This document shows, in pieces, positions 28,301 through 41,317 of a DNA stretch of 64,000 nucleotides. Where the stretch lies: assembly GCA_965285935.1 (NCBI GenBank), contig OZ260664.1, forward strand, positions 61,566,001 through 61,630,000. Direction: 5' to 3'. The translations under genes and the position numbers were made by a program. The DNA comes from Ophelia neglecta (Eukaryota). Position 1 is the first letter of the stretch. Each line of letters opens with the position of its first letter. The notes under the pieces were generated by a model. The model was given only the letters and a program-made list of their open reading frames with translations, was not told the origin of the DNA and did not search any database.

Positions 28301-29699
28301 TAGTCCTTATTATCACATGGACACAGTCGGTGTCATGTAGTTAACCATTTGTTTGGCTGGTATGGCCAGGGATTTAAGACTACAGCCCCAACCAAGTACA
28401 TGTGCTAGCCCTTGTAAGGTTATGCACTCTTAGCGCGCCTTGCCAATTCCCAACGACGCAGTTCTGCATACAGATACTGATGCTATCATATCCCAGTTCT
28501 AAGCAGACGTTCAACTGGAAATTACACCAAAAGAAGTATTGCGCCGATCGAATGCTTATCGCTCTTCATTCGTGCGGCATCAAAAAAGCTTCAGATAGGC
28601 AGCGTTAGTTGCTTCTAGCACGCTCTGTTTTATTAAAGTCGCGAGCTCGTGTCATTATGTAGCCTAGCAGTCTTTCGAGGGGCGAAACGATGCGGAAGTA
28701 GTTTTACTCATACACAATTGCTTCAGCCTTCTAGCTACTTTAAGCGATTGAAATAGAACAGCAACCATTAATACGTCATGTTGGCTAAACCCAAAACTTC
28801 CAATCCAAATTAAACTTTGAATATAATACCTTAGGGCCTATGGGATGTATTATTTGAGAATTGTTGCCGCTTTCATTAACACTTTTTCTCTCTCCTTGTT
28901 GTTCTAAATACTGACCCAAAATTTTTCTATAACACACGGACACTCTTGCATAGCTTCTATGTGCCCTATTTAAACAACATTGCGGTAAATTCTGCAATTG
29001 ATTTTGATCGATCTTTTTCGCTAATCCGTTGGCTATAGCGGCCATGTGCATCAGTTTCATACCGATACACAATCGCATGCTGCAGATGCACGTGTTCAGT
29101 CACAATTAAATCGTGGCTGGTTCACTTTAAGTATGACGAAAGCATGACGAACGAATCCATCTGTAGCCTCGCACTTATGACAGCGATTATTTATATTTAA
29201 TCATAAAATCCCCTAGGGCATATTTCATCTTTGTCTTTAGTTTGAGATAACATTAACTCGTTTGTTTTGCGTGGTAAGCTGTCGACTGTTTGTCAGTGAA
29301 ATAAATTGCATTGATGTATATATTTTTAAATTCCGTTAAAGCGAATTAACAGTCAGTGAGCAAGGGATTGATGCTTTTCTCCTGAATTGCGAAAAGTGGT
29401 CAACACCATCAGAATGTATTTTTTGCCTCGTTCAAAAGTTTTTTAAGTTTAGTTTTACAAGCACCAAAAGATTACCTTGATAGTGCTACGCAAGGGGCTA
29501 ACTGCTCCACAGCCCAGTCGTGCTGTGGAATAAAGACGTAAGGAGGGTCACCGTTGGCACTAAACATGAAGAATAAATGAGAACAAACCAATACAGTAAA
29601 TAATGCAGGCATAGACCAAACGAAACACAAACCCCATGATGAACGTAATGAAACACGATGACAGTATAAAACAAGGCTACTTTACAGAAAAAGGAATGG

Positions 29700-30150
29700 A
29701 AAATACTGGCAAATCGTTGAACAAACATGCTTCTAGATCTGCCTCACCAATAATAAAAAAGCACCATCTGGAAACTAATGTTGCTCAATATTGAAAATGA
29801 GTATAGTTTTCTGCATTATCATAGTATCAGTCCTGAATGAAGAGACACAATCCTCTATCATGACTGTCATTTTGGATTGATGTTGTATTGAATGGAGCAG
29901 GAATGATACTTAAGATTAGCAAAAACTTGGTCTATTGAAAGAACAAGGCTTTCGTGAAGTATGGAATAAATGCCGATGCTACCTGATTAAATGGACGTAG
30001 AAGTGACTTATCAGTTACTTTAGTTTTTGCAATCAAAGTTTTATAATTGGAATCGCATATAGATATTGCGGAAAACATGTAGTTTTGGAAATATGCATAT
30101 CAGGAGATATGGCTCGTTCAAGATAAACAATTAGGTCAATGAATAATGTT
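29700..30150 (+). mobile_element. Possible LINE ORF2 C-terminal relic
   Basis: SPII..IW and LLKEQGFREVW resemble post-RT motifs of invertebrate LINEs. Confidence 0.35.
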
Positions 30151-31629
30151 GAGCTGTTCCGTTCCTCCAGCCGTTCCTCCAGCTGAAGCTATTTCCTGTC
30201 CAACTTACCCCAGTACTGAGTCACCAACGGTTCCCCAATTAATTTTCTTCCATGTAGCCCTTAGCGAACGATTTATTGATTCATTTATTTGATAATTTTT
30301 ACCCGTATTGTCGTATGTACATATCTATCAAACTTAGTGTTATAAGGGTTATATGAACACATATGTGATGTGCTTTGTATGGCCTCAGCACAATAGCAAA
30401 ACTCATTATCCACCTAGAAAAAATGGACAAAGGCGATTATAAATGTCGCAGTGGAGAACTCAGGAGAAAAAAGCAGGAATATGAGCAATAGAATCCAGGC
30501 AAAACTGCTTCTTTATGCACAAGCGGCTAATTAGGAGAGGAAATGACTTTCAGAGTAGTGGCGCACAATGACCGGAGTATCGGTGTGGAGACCACGATGT
30601 GGATTAGCCCAACCTACAAGCTGATGAGGCTGCAAATTCCCCAGAATGATCGCTTTGTCTTAAGTTGTTTTAATAAACTTGGAGCTTAGTCATAGCACAA
30701 ATTAGTTAGAAACAACGGTATTTCGTATCACTGAATTTCCTCTATGCTCATTATATGCCGGATATGGTGATGGTAAGTAAATTTGAATCGACTAGCCGGA
30801 AAACTTGCACCTGCGGCTGTTCAAATAATCGACCTACCCGGACACTTGTTTACGAACAACCTGGTAATGAGTTTGAGGAAAGCTGGAGGAATGATCCAAC
30901 AGGCGGACAAGCTTTTATATATGATCTCCAGCAAATAAAGCCTTTTATGGCCATCTTCCATCATCCAGGTCAGCCAATCTAGGAGGGTGCTCTACTAGTC
31001 GTTAATACAACAGTCCCGTTGAAAATGTGCATCTTCAACATCAAATAAAATCAAATTAATCCTGATATGTTGAATTATCAGTTAAAAGTAACGTTCGTTA
31101 TAATTATGCCGGGAACATTCGGGCATGAGACTTTATTGAACACCCATAAATTATGCCGTAAACTCACATCGTGACGTTTCTTTCTAGGTTCTCTTTTTAA
31201 ACATATTTAAATTAATAGCAATTCTTCCAAAGTTTTCTTAAGTAATGGTGTTTATTTACTTTAAACGAATATCATTTTAAGGGATAATTAAAATAAACTT
31301 TGAGGCCTTGGTGTGAGATCATCTACAATGATATTATTTTTCCAGTGGCATGGCAGACTTAAACGACAGATTTTTCTTTATATAGGATTAGACATTTACT
31401 CCAAAACAGTACATTATCATTTTATCGATTTGAAACTAGAAATATTATTTACACGTGTAGACATATTAAGGTACTTTATTTAACTGGGTAAACTTTCCAG
31501 ATCATTATGAAATCGAAGTTTCCAGTTGACCAAACTCATAAGCCAGTTGAAATGCCGAAAAGCTCGCCTCTTGCTTTCCAAAAACAACCGATTCTCCAAT
31601 TTCCTACAAACTCTCAAAAAATAAAAGTC

Positions 31630-32800
31630 AAGAGTTGTTAATCATGAAAGCCATATTATATATACTGTCTTCTGCTAACTCACAAGTCTTAAAGTCGGTA
31701 GCGAATGTCAATTTTGCTTGCTGCTTACATACTATTATGTCTTTTAATGTGCCATTTAAGCCAGATAGAATAGAGTTGGTGTACCAAGCAAACAAGGTAA
31801 CTGATGGCCCGCGTCATTTGGCGTGGGTAAATACCAGTTGTACATTCACCAATATGAATGTATTAACCTAATGAACAATTTGGAAATCCCAGTGGATCTT
31901 GAAGAAGACCAAACTTATTTACTTAAATCTATGGCTAGCAGTTAGAATAGAACCAGGCCATTGACATAATGTATATTTTTTAACAAACCTACCATTCATT
32001 TCTTAAAAAGATGTTTTTTTGTCTGTAACCGTCCATCAAACTTCCTGGACTAAACGATTACAAATATAAATATAAGAATCGGCTGTCACATATATTTAAG
32101 ACCAATCATTACATCAATATTTATTCAACCAATGATCTGTAAGAGACCGATTCCTGTCTTCTTTTTATATTAAAAAATTGCATACTAGACATAATGTCTT
32201 AGGGATAACATTTAATTATCTCTATTGAGTAAAATATTTTCTAGTGTCGACCTTGGTTCATCAGGGGCACAAAATCATTGACACATTTTTAGGCAGACGA
32301 TCAATATTGCAGACAAGCACTACTGCTTGTTAACATTCAGACCCCAATCAGCTAGTTTTACCCTTTATGATCTAAACAATCATTCATCCAGATCAGAACC
32401 AATTTTCTCTTCTGCAACATTACGGCCGTGTCCAAATATTTGAAACAAGGCCTATGATCGACCGAAGTCCAGGTCACAATCGTCTAAAAAGTGCACATTT
32501 ATCATCAGTGGCGAAGGGCATTTGCATCGATGTGTAAAATTGACTGTGAAAGGTAAATATAATATTGGCCTCTTACTGTATTTCGGTTAATGTGATAAAT
32601 TCAAATACTCACTGAGTGTGATGAAGACGGTAATAAATTTACCGTAGGGAAGATCATAAATTATACAAATTAACGTTGGGATTCCTTTTGCATTCGTATT
32701 AGAAACTGACCGACCGAAATGTTTAGTGAATCCTGGTTCTTTGTGATGATTGTGATAAATATCCAAAATATGGGACTGTCCATTTGTATATGAAACAGCC
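31630..32800 (-). mobile_element. LINE relic (AP endonuclease then RT fragments)
   Basis: LICIIYDLP (cf. IYRPP), SVDHRP (cf. SDH), NDFVPL (cf. DxxAPL), then degenerate PQG/YADD region ~31720-31840. Confidence 0.45.
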
Positions 32801-35399
32801 ATAGGCCAATCAAATCATTTACTTTAAGATGTGCAATTTTATGATTAAAGTTTTTGTGTCTGTATGCTTTTTTTTATTCTGAGTGATTGTAACTGTGGTG
32901 ATAGTCAAAAGTAAATAAACGATCACTTTGCCAGTTTGAAATACCACGCTATTCGGTGAGGGTTGGCAGTCTAAAAAAGTTAATTACATTTGATTTTATT
33001 TGGCTTTAAATTCATTCAGCATTTGCTGAACATGTAACTTTTTTGATGATAAGTAAATTAATTTTAAGATGGAAATTCGCGTGAGGTAACAGCAATCCTC
33101 AACTGTTGTTCGATATGATCTATCAATTCAAGATACATATAAAATGTATATATCTCCTATTGTGCCTCCTTCAACATGACACGGACAGTATTGCTTTCAT
33201 ATTGTACCTGCATCAGTGTCTAGGAACTATTTACTCAGTAATTGGTATGTGAAAGGTCTTTTTTTTTATTGAGAATGGTTACAACTAATAAACTTTTACG
33301 TTGTCGATTTTAATACCAACAAGTAAAAAGGGATAAGGATCTATCTTAAGAGCATGCATAATATGTTTATTTCAAACAGTCAGCTTTAAGGCCAAACATC
33401 GAGCTGTTGGCTCAAGTGGGCACACATCTGAGTACAATGAGAGCACTGCACGGTAAGAGGTTTATAGTTGTTATTCATGCTATTTACTCATCTATCATGT
33501 AATTCAAGGACAATGCCCATTTGGCAAATAGACCAAACGTCTACTGGCAGTATAAAAGACATGTCAATGTTTCCTGGCTCCTTAAAAGGATTGCTCGTGG
33601 TGAAGGTATAAGAGTAACAATGTATCATGAACCGTTGCTTTTCTAGTTGTCTGTGCTCAGTAGGCATTTCCATTTCATGCTTTAGATTTATCCGTTATGA
33701 TAAATTTGTAAAAGAAAACATTTTTGTCGGGTGCTGTTTTTTGATTGATAGATTGTTTGCGAACCATGAAATATAAAGTCTAGTCGAAGTCAAACTCTTC
33801 ATTGAATCACACGACACAACCTGGAAGTAATTCAAATCTGTTCACATATCTCCTGTTTAATATTGTGCAGGGTGTCGGACACCGAGCACCTCCCAGTGCT
33901 AAGTTGGGATAGGTCGAGTGTTATACATTCGCAATCATCTACTCTTTACCCTCATACTAATATTTGGTGGGCAATCTTTGCTGCTTTCACTCTAATAGTG
34001 GTGGTATCATTTTTGCATAAACAGGTTTGGAAAAACTTGAAATTTGGATTATACCTGCGTCGGAATAGCCTTTGTTAACCTTGCCCGCTGACAGCATAGC
34101 AAGATGCGGGTAGACGAACATTTTGTCTATTGGTCAATTCATAAACAATAACAATTTACAACAAAATAGAGAAGACACGATTTATTTCGCACTTTCATTC
34201 GTGAAAGTACGAATCTAATGCACGAGCACGCAACTGCTTCTTTGCAGGAATGTAGTTTTGAAGCATTCCTGAAAGGAACCGGAAACATGATGATCCACTC
34301 CTCTATGAATGGTGCTAGATACTTCAGATAAGTCACGCAATGACGCCTAACGATGAAAGTACTTCGAATTTCGTACCACTACAGACACTATAGTAGACTT
34401 CAATAAATGTCTGTGGTTCCACAAAGAGAAAATCATTTTATTTTCTAACATTGCGTTTTGATTTTCATGGTAGATGGTATGAGTGAACGTTTATTTTAAA
34501 CGCTAAACATTCTAATCATCTTATTATATGTTACTTACCATTCATTGAAAAATGTCAAATGACATTATAGTATACGGCAAGGGCAATTTTCGTTAATGAA
34601 ATTAATAACAATGAAATTTCAAGTAAAATAATTAGTAAATATGAATCCATACAGCAGATTGCATGACGTATTTTGACCAGTTCCCATTGTGTACCAGAAC
34701 AATGGTTCCCAAAATTATAACTATTCATCTGTGCTGTCCATCTATAGTGTTAAAAACGGTGGCAATAGAACGCAAATATTCCCTATGATAATAATATCTA
34801 TTCAGGGTCAAATAAGAATTATTTAAATTTATATAAATATGTTGATAATTCATGTCTTGTGTTTGGTTTGGCGTGCGTATTGACGTACTAGAATTCAAAC
34901 AGGTTGTTCACCAAGTTGACTGTTGAATTGTAAAATCACCAGTCTAGCACTCTCGCGAAAATTGTTTTCCTGTCATTTCAATCACGCCTTTTATATTTTC
35001 TTGAAGGTGCATTAAGCTAACCCTGGAACAAGGGGATATTTTTTTCGGTTACTAAAACCTGCAAACCTGCTAACTAAGCAGAAGTCAATGCCAGGATTTA
35101 AGTATAAACGTTTTACATTTGTGTACGAAAACGCCTCACAAATAGCCAGAATCTGTTTCACATTCGGGCATTAAGAATGTTGTTCCCTGCCAAATCGTAA
35201 AATACACTTGGATTGGAATAATCAAAAAGTAGCAGTGGAAGTTGTGGAATGTGTTATCTCAGGACAGCGATTTTATTAACCTTCTTTTAAGGGCTGTACG
35301 TGGAGCTGGAAACGGGGTCACTGAACCTCAAAACCAATATATCGTTACTGAAACATTCATTTCACACCCTGTCATAAATGAGACCGACCATCCGATTAA

Positions 35400-37100
35400 C
35401 CTGTAAAGGACCATTTTTATAGCTCCCCCTTTCGGTTCTTAAAAACGCCACTTAGAGCGGCCATGACATGTCTGGTACTCAAACGGATAATTGCAGAAGC
35501 CACCCGCCCAAAGTTTATGTTGTTCCTGGGAAACCACAAATCAACAGCATAATGATTTTGTTTCGTGCTACCTTAGCCGTAATCGCTGAGGTGATCTCCT
35601 TCCTGTTGGAAGACTTCTCCAAGGAGCACTGTTAAAAATAGTCAGCAGCAAACCTCACATAAAAGGCCGCCCATCTCTCTTTTGGCGTATAGTATTCTAT
35701 CGTTTCCTTTGTTAAGTGTCAATCTTTCCAAAATAGTATTGATCTTATGCCATTCCAGAGTGGATTGTTTTCCCTTGCCCCTTTAATATCAGGACAATAC
35801 TTATAATTAATGCTGATCTCGGCCATAGTAGAAGCCTAAACTGAGCCTCTTGGATTTTTCCTTACACTATAAGCAATTTTTGTCACAAGCAAAAGTCAGC
35901 GGCGGCTGCAAGTTATAGTTCAATGGGTTGAATAGCGCTCAGATGCAGTGACTTTGTTTCAATATAGTTCAAAATATTTGAAACGAATTCTGCTTGCATG
36001 ATTCTTATATCCGTATCTTTATAGTGCGTATCTTTGGAAAATATACCTTGATAAATGAAAAATAAACACTGATAATGTAAAATGGAATGTAATAAAATGG
36101 AAAGCACATAAAGAAAATCAAGTCAAATTTGGAAAAGACGACGAAAAACCAGTAGCACGGTGTTAATACTGTTTTCTTCAACGGGTATAAAAAAGATGAG
36201 ATATTATATAGCATATATATGAGACAGAAGTGCTATGTACAGGAGCAAATCATCGATGGAGTGAATGTAGGTAATTAGTTTATTAAAAAAGGTTTATTAT
36301 CTCGTTAACTTTCAATAATATTCAATAATTATTATATTATTTGAGATGTCTTTTCATATCGACTGCAAAGCTTCACATTTCAGGACAGTGTTGACATTTT
36401 TTGTTGTAGAATGTAGAAATCTGGTCAAATGCAATCTAAATTTCCCTTGTTTTGTGTCAAAATCATCTGAAAAAATCACATGGATTTCTCTCTCCTCCGA
36501 ACCGGTTACGCCTTGGTACTTCGCTCGATTTTGTAGCAAGATACTGTGCTGTTTAACAAAAGGATTGCCTCTCCAAAGGTTAAAATACTTATAGTTATCA
36601 TCAATGTAAAAATGACGGGTGAGGATGGCCTAGTGGTCCATGTTTGTTGCTAAACTTCCTGCTTAAGGAATTAGTCGGACGACTCGCACAATAATGTTGG
36701 TTGTAAAAGCCACCTGCGGTGGACCGGTAAATCTTAAATGTCGACCCTGCCATCTGTTAGCAAGATATCGGGCCATATTGAGTGAGCTAACTTTGTTCCA
36801 ATGGACGGAATGAAGACGGTGAACTGCCGCAGCGAGCCGGGATTCTCCGGTTTATGACCATCTCAATGTCTCACCACGTCAAATCAAGGGAAGGTTTTAG
36901 CCCATATAAAGTGCAGAAGGAGGCGTGTCTGGACTTCATATCGGTTGAACATGTTCTTTGCATAGACACCGATATCATATCGCGGAAGTACCTAATGTAT
37001 CTGACTTGTCGTATGGGATTTTCAAGAAATCTAAAGATGAAAATATGCCTTGCAATTGCTCGTGCTTGTTTATAGCATCACTACATCGCCAAGTCATCCA
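35400..37100 (+). mobile_element. Fragmented Penelope-like RT relic (pieces at ~35490-35670 and ~36680-37080)
   Basis: PKFMLFLGNHK, EVISFLLED, HIK; later CLDF..IDTD..YL..RNLKMKICLAIAR. Confidence 0.45.
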
Positions 37101-38379
37101 TGCACCAACGTAAGCCTTTGACGAAGCTAACTCCTACATAGTATTTTCCACGTGAGATGATATAAACACATTTAAAGTTGGAAGGATTCAATTCGTTAAA
37201 GCAAGGTTTTCGCTGAGCATAAAACACCTCACATAGCAGCTTATGATATTTCTGATCTCTTTACGTGTTAATTCATGGTAGATTTACCGATTTGTGTTGC
37301 TGGAGAAAACATTCTGTTGGACAACTAGTCATATGCAGTCGCTTTGTTTCGTTCAACTGAAGTCAAATTGCGCTCGTTTGGTCTTCCGGTCTACCCATAT
37401 TGCATGATAGAAGGTTTACTATGCTCATTCTGTGTTTTGTCAAATGACCGTTTTCAAGGCACTCCAGCTGAACCGAGAGAAAAAGAAAGCTATCCTTTCG
37501 AATGATGACTTGAAAATTATCTTTTATGCGATATTAAACATTTTTAAGGTGCAATTTCCCACGTAGCTTTACGGAATATTACAGAGGCTGCATATTCGTT
37601 ATTTGAGGCTTATTTAAGAATCAGAATTGCGAGGAAATGGCCTAATTAAATTCTATAGAAATGTAAGAAAATCTTGTTTGTTTAAGTTTGTTTCATAAGT
37701 GGTAGGGATCCTTTATCGTGCGTAGGCCTATAACCCTGTTTAGTTTATTGATCGTGAGGGTATACATGAACAGTGGAATGACTGTTTAACACACAGAACA
37801 TTTCCCGTCTTTTGGAAGGAAACGGCTTTGAAGCAATAATAAGTTATCTTAATAGTTTGCCTATTGACAATACAGAATTAAGCATAAAATGATGAAAACA
37901 GTTACATGGGACAAGTGATAACCACCATTGCGAGAGAGAAAAGCCGTCTTCGACACTTCTAGCTTTCGGTTGAAGGTGTTTACTTTTAAGCAAATGCACG
38001 ACGCGATAATACATCGACAGAAGACATATTGAGAGACATTATGATTATGCTTCTTAAGCTTATCAATATCAAAGCGAAAATGGATATAATAATGTAAAGC
38101 AGTAGCACCAACACTGGTAATCTGGATTACGAGCTCATTTTATATTCTCTTTTGAAAATGTGTTGACGTGGTTTAGTCAGTGAAAGCTAACATCCTTTTC
38201 GGCAGCTAACAAAATGAGGTTCATACCTTATATACCAATTTGGGTAAAATTCGGTCCCAACCAATGTTAAAATGATGGACAAAACCCAATAACTGTCCCA
38301 TCACGTTTGCCTACCCCTAAGGGAGATAATCTAATCAGTTTCCATGACAGAATGTAGGCTGTGAAAATGTCAAACGGAC

Positions 38380-38740
38380 TGCCTCAATTATCTTTTCGGC
38401 CACATTGCACGGCCGAGGCTTACAACGATGTTAAATGGAAATCCTGGTGGACAGAGGAGGAAGCACCAAGCCATTGTACTGCTGGGAAGAGGTCAAGCGC
38501 CTACAATATTATCGCCATTGTTGTTCCAATAATGTTCTATAGACTGGATTACCATAAATGTCGGGCTGCGTTGTCAATGAATTGCGCAGAGTGTGAGGTG
38601 GTAACGAGTTTGTCGATGACCGTTAGTCAAGTATACTCAAACTTAATTGTCCAAGTTGGTATCTGTTACTCTTCAGTACTCTCTTCTACCACCTAGACGG
38701 GACACCGTGCCAGTCATTGTGAAACAACAGGTCGTTGTCT
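38380..38740 (-). mobile_element. Three-copy family member A (probable DIRS relic)
   Basis: Same orientation as the 27.2-kb copy; shared blocks cctcaattatc, gatgttaaatgg, ccattgttgttcc. Confidence 0.55.
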
Positions 38741-39130
38741 CGTTAAGATTTAACATCTACATATGTTTTTTTTTTGTTTCTTCCCATTAACCTTACAACG
38801 TTGACAGCCCCATAGATTGAGATGAGACTAAGGTATGGCTTTTGTATGATTCTCAGTAGTCACAAACACATGCTTTCTTCCATAAACAATTTGCAATGGT
38901 GGCCATTTGAGTACTTTTTTCTGGCGGTATTGGTGCAAGCACCATACAGTATTTTCTGACTTATTAGATTCTTCATACATGGTAGCTTAGCATGCTATGC
39001 TTATCGCAAACATGACCTAAGCATTTGCCCTTAGCTATGCAACAAGTGTTCTTGAAAACATGGCTGGGTCAAAATGATAAACCATAATTGAAGAAGACAA
39101 CGTCATCGCAAGCAAAATATGCCTCTGCCT

Positions 39131-39209
39131 TTAACTCTTTCAACACTACATCTGTCTAATGAGCGCTGATGTCCCTTTAGAGACAGATTTTCCGAGTTGA
39201 AAGGGTTAA
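39131..39209. mobile_element. 79-bp piggyBac-like MITE
   Basis: TTAA-ctctttcaac ... gttgaaaggg-TTAA (1 mismatch) plus internal IR atctgtct/agacagat. Confidence 0.7.
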
Positions 39210-39596
39210 GAAATGTCTTGGCCATGAAGACACACAAATGAAGTCAATTCAACCGAACTCCAGTTTGACTCTTGACCTTTTGCCCTAGAATTGATTCCCA
39301 GCAAATATTTTATTTCCTCAATATTACAAGAAGTGTCAGCGAGCTATGCATAAAAACATGACGAGGGAATGCCAGTTGTGAATAGACACTTTTTGCCAAA
39401 AGCGCCGTTCCATTGAGAAACATAACTCAATGCCGCATTGTACAAAGGGAATATTGAGAAATAAAAAAAACAACTTCAAAAGGTATCTGTTTAAAATAGT
39501 TATCTTATTCCTCGTTAACTTATACAATCTCGAAAGATTTCCACCAAAAGCAATCAGATTTAGATTCTGGAAAGAAAACTGTATGGAGTATGTGGC

Positions 39597-39602
39597 TTTA
39601 TT
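39597..39602 (-). promoter_or_regulatory. Candidate AATAAA polyadenylation signal of the GT32 gene
   Basis: tttatt on + strand ~200 nt past the stop; a second candidate at 39309-39314. AT-rich context makes chance hits common. Confidence 0.4.
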
Positions 39603-39801
39603 AAATCTGGATCAGTGTGTCGGGTCAAGTTATTTGATCCATTATTTCCAGTATTTGAACTACGGAATCACGGTGATTTACATATTGAACAGCATTCCAT
39701 CCACGGGCCTATTTTAACATAAATATAAAAATAAATTTTCACACATCCACTTTATCAAAGTTCAGTTTAAGCCATGAAAAGTGACACGCGAAGAGTTCGT
39801 G

Positions 39802-40593
39802 CTAGCTATCCAATTTGGTAAAATTAGATAGAATTTCATCTATAGAAACATGGCCTTGCGGAACAAACCCGTTACCCCACGAATGCATCCAGTGATGATT
39901 GGTAAATGCTCCTTCCGATGGTGTATTTCTGAAATCCCTTGCTACTAAACCTCTGCAAACGTTCATTTGGTTCGAAGGCACAGAAGATATATTTGAACAT
40001 TTTCGACGGTAGGTGTCGATGTTGATTGAATCAAAAGTTGGCATAAACCAGTCTGGAGGAGCTATGTAAACGTATTCATCGGGACTGCCTTTGTATGAAC
40101 TACGATTTAGGTATTTATCCAGTACCTCTGATAGGAACATCGGACCAGTACTTTTTAAAATGTTGTCATTCCAACTTAGATTTAAGGCCCTGTTGGCGTA
40201 TATCGGAAGGATATCAATCACAAACTTTAAAAATGGATGTTTTGGACGACAGGCCATAAACGCTGTCATGACGTACTGCGAATGTCTGCATTCGTAAAGT
40301 AAGGCCTGGTGTTCTAAGGGTTCCTGGGCGATAATACATTGGTAATTGGAGAGTAAATCATCCAAAGGAAGAAGACTTTCCACATCAAGATCAGCAAACA
40401 CTCCGCCGTACTGATACAAGACTAGAAGTTTCCTCACGTCTGCTCTGTTAATGTTGTAAGGGTAATCGGCATACGTGGATAACACCGATGTTGGGAAGTT
40501 ATCGTGAATCATATGTCTGCTCCCTCGATCTGTCCAGAACCAATACTCCCAGTTGGGATGATTGTTTTTCCAAGATTGAACCCAACTTCGCAC
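39802..40593 (-). CDS. GT32-family glycosyltransferase, coding exon 2 (catalytic domain; alpha-mannosyl/galactosyltransferase-like, Sur1/OCH1-type), 263 aa + stop
   Basis: Acceptor tttgtgttttcag|GTG, phase 0; motifs SWKNNHPNWEYWFWTD, RADVRKLLVLYQYGGVFADLD (DxD), MACRPKHPFL, STGPMFLS, HHWMHSW; TAG stop at 39802. Confidence 0.93.
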   Translation of the reverse strand: MRSWVQSWKNNHPNWEYWFWTDRGSRHMIHDNFPTSVLSTYADYPYNINRADVRKLLVLYQYGGVFADLDVESLLPLDDLLSNYQCIIAQEPLEHQALLYECRHSQYVMTAFMACRPKHPFLKFVIDILPIYANRALNLSWNDNILKSTGPMFLSEVLDKYLNRSSYKGSPDEYVYIAPPDWFMPTFDSINIDTYRRKCSNISSVPSNQMNVCRGLVARDFRNTPSEGAFTNHHWMHSWGNGFVPQGHVSIDEILSNFTKLDS

Positions 40594-40777
40594 CTGAAAA
40601 CACAAACAGTCGTTTGTTACTTTACAGAAAAGTGGCCATCACACAAAATTTGATTGATTGTAGGATAATAAAAAATAAGCCCACTTATGTGCATCAGAAG
40701 ACAAGTGGTTGCCCTTTTCTTTTAAACTAACCATACTATATATTTATATACATAAATTATATAATAAAAGGTATTGC
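40594..40777 (-). other. 184-nt GC-AG intron of the GT32 gene
   Basis: Joining ...GGA CAG|GCAATA to ttttcag|GTG restores IPGQ-VRSW in phase 0; there is no GT between the IHQTW motif and the in-frame TAA at 40757. Confidence 0.8.
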
Positions 40778-41317
40778 CTGTCCGGGGATGGCCAAATCCT
40801 CCCATGTCTGATGTATAATTCGTGGAATAAGATGCTCGGTTGGCGCTTTTGAGTTAAACGTCTTATCCACCATATTAGGGTTATTGACTGTACTGGGAAG
40901 CCATAAATCAGTGTCTTTGTCTTTGTGATGTGACGTCCTGTCTCTGTTATCAGTGTGATTGTCTTTATCTTGCTGGTAGTTCACGTTTCTCGACTCACTG
41001 TGCCGTAAAATCCCTCGGAGTTTGCCACGAAGACCGTTAAAGACGTCGCCTTGAGCTCTGATAACAATATGATTTCCATTTATTTCCTTTGGATCATTAA
41101 CCACCACTCTTTCAGAGTATTGACTTTCTGCCAAGGTGAGCCCGGCGAGGCCTAGCCGGCTGCTCTGCTCCAACATATTATTTCGTATTTCACGCTCAAT
41201 TGAAGAATTGTTGGTAGTGCACATATAGAAAAGGCAGCCGATCGAAAAAAATAGTAACAGATAGGCTAAATATTTGCGATGGCTAAATTTTTGTCTGAAA
41301 AATCTTGTAATAGCCAT
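40778..41317 (-). CDS. GT32-family glycosyltransferase, coding exon 1 (cytosolic tail, TM anchor, long stem, IPRIIHQTW motif), 180 codons
   Basis: ATG in good Kozak context (AACATGG); basic tail RFFRQKFSHRK then hydrophobic YLAYLLLFFSIGCLFYMC; ends with the GT32 N-terminal motif LIPRIIHQTW..IPGQ; splice acceptor tattttcttatttgcag just upstream (exon starts ~41351). Confidence 0.9.

Noticed and set aside
30420-30982. hAT transposase N-terminus (SGELRRKK, NDP, HPGQP)
   Set aside because: Only short generic motifs, no catalytic region or TIRs found.
36620-36890. SINE-like head (tggcctagtgg) and core
   Set aside because: No B box at the right spacing; region fits better within the Penelope relic.
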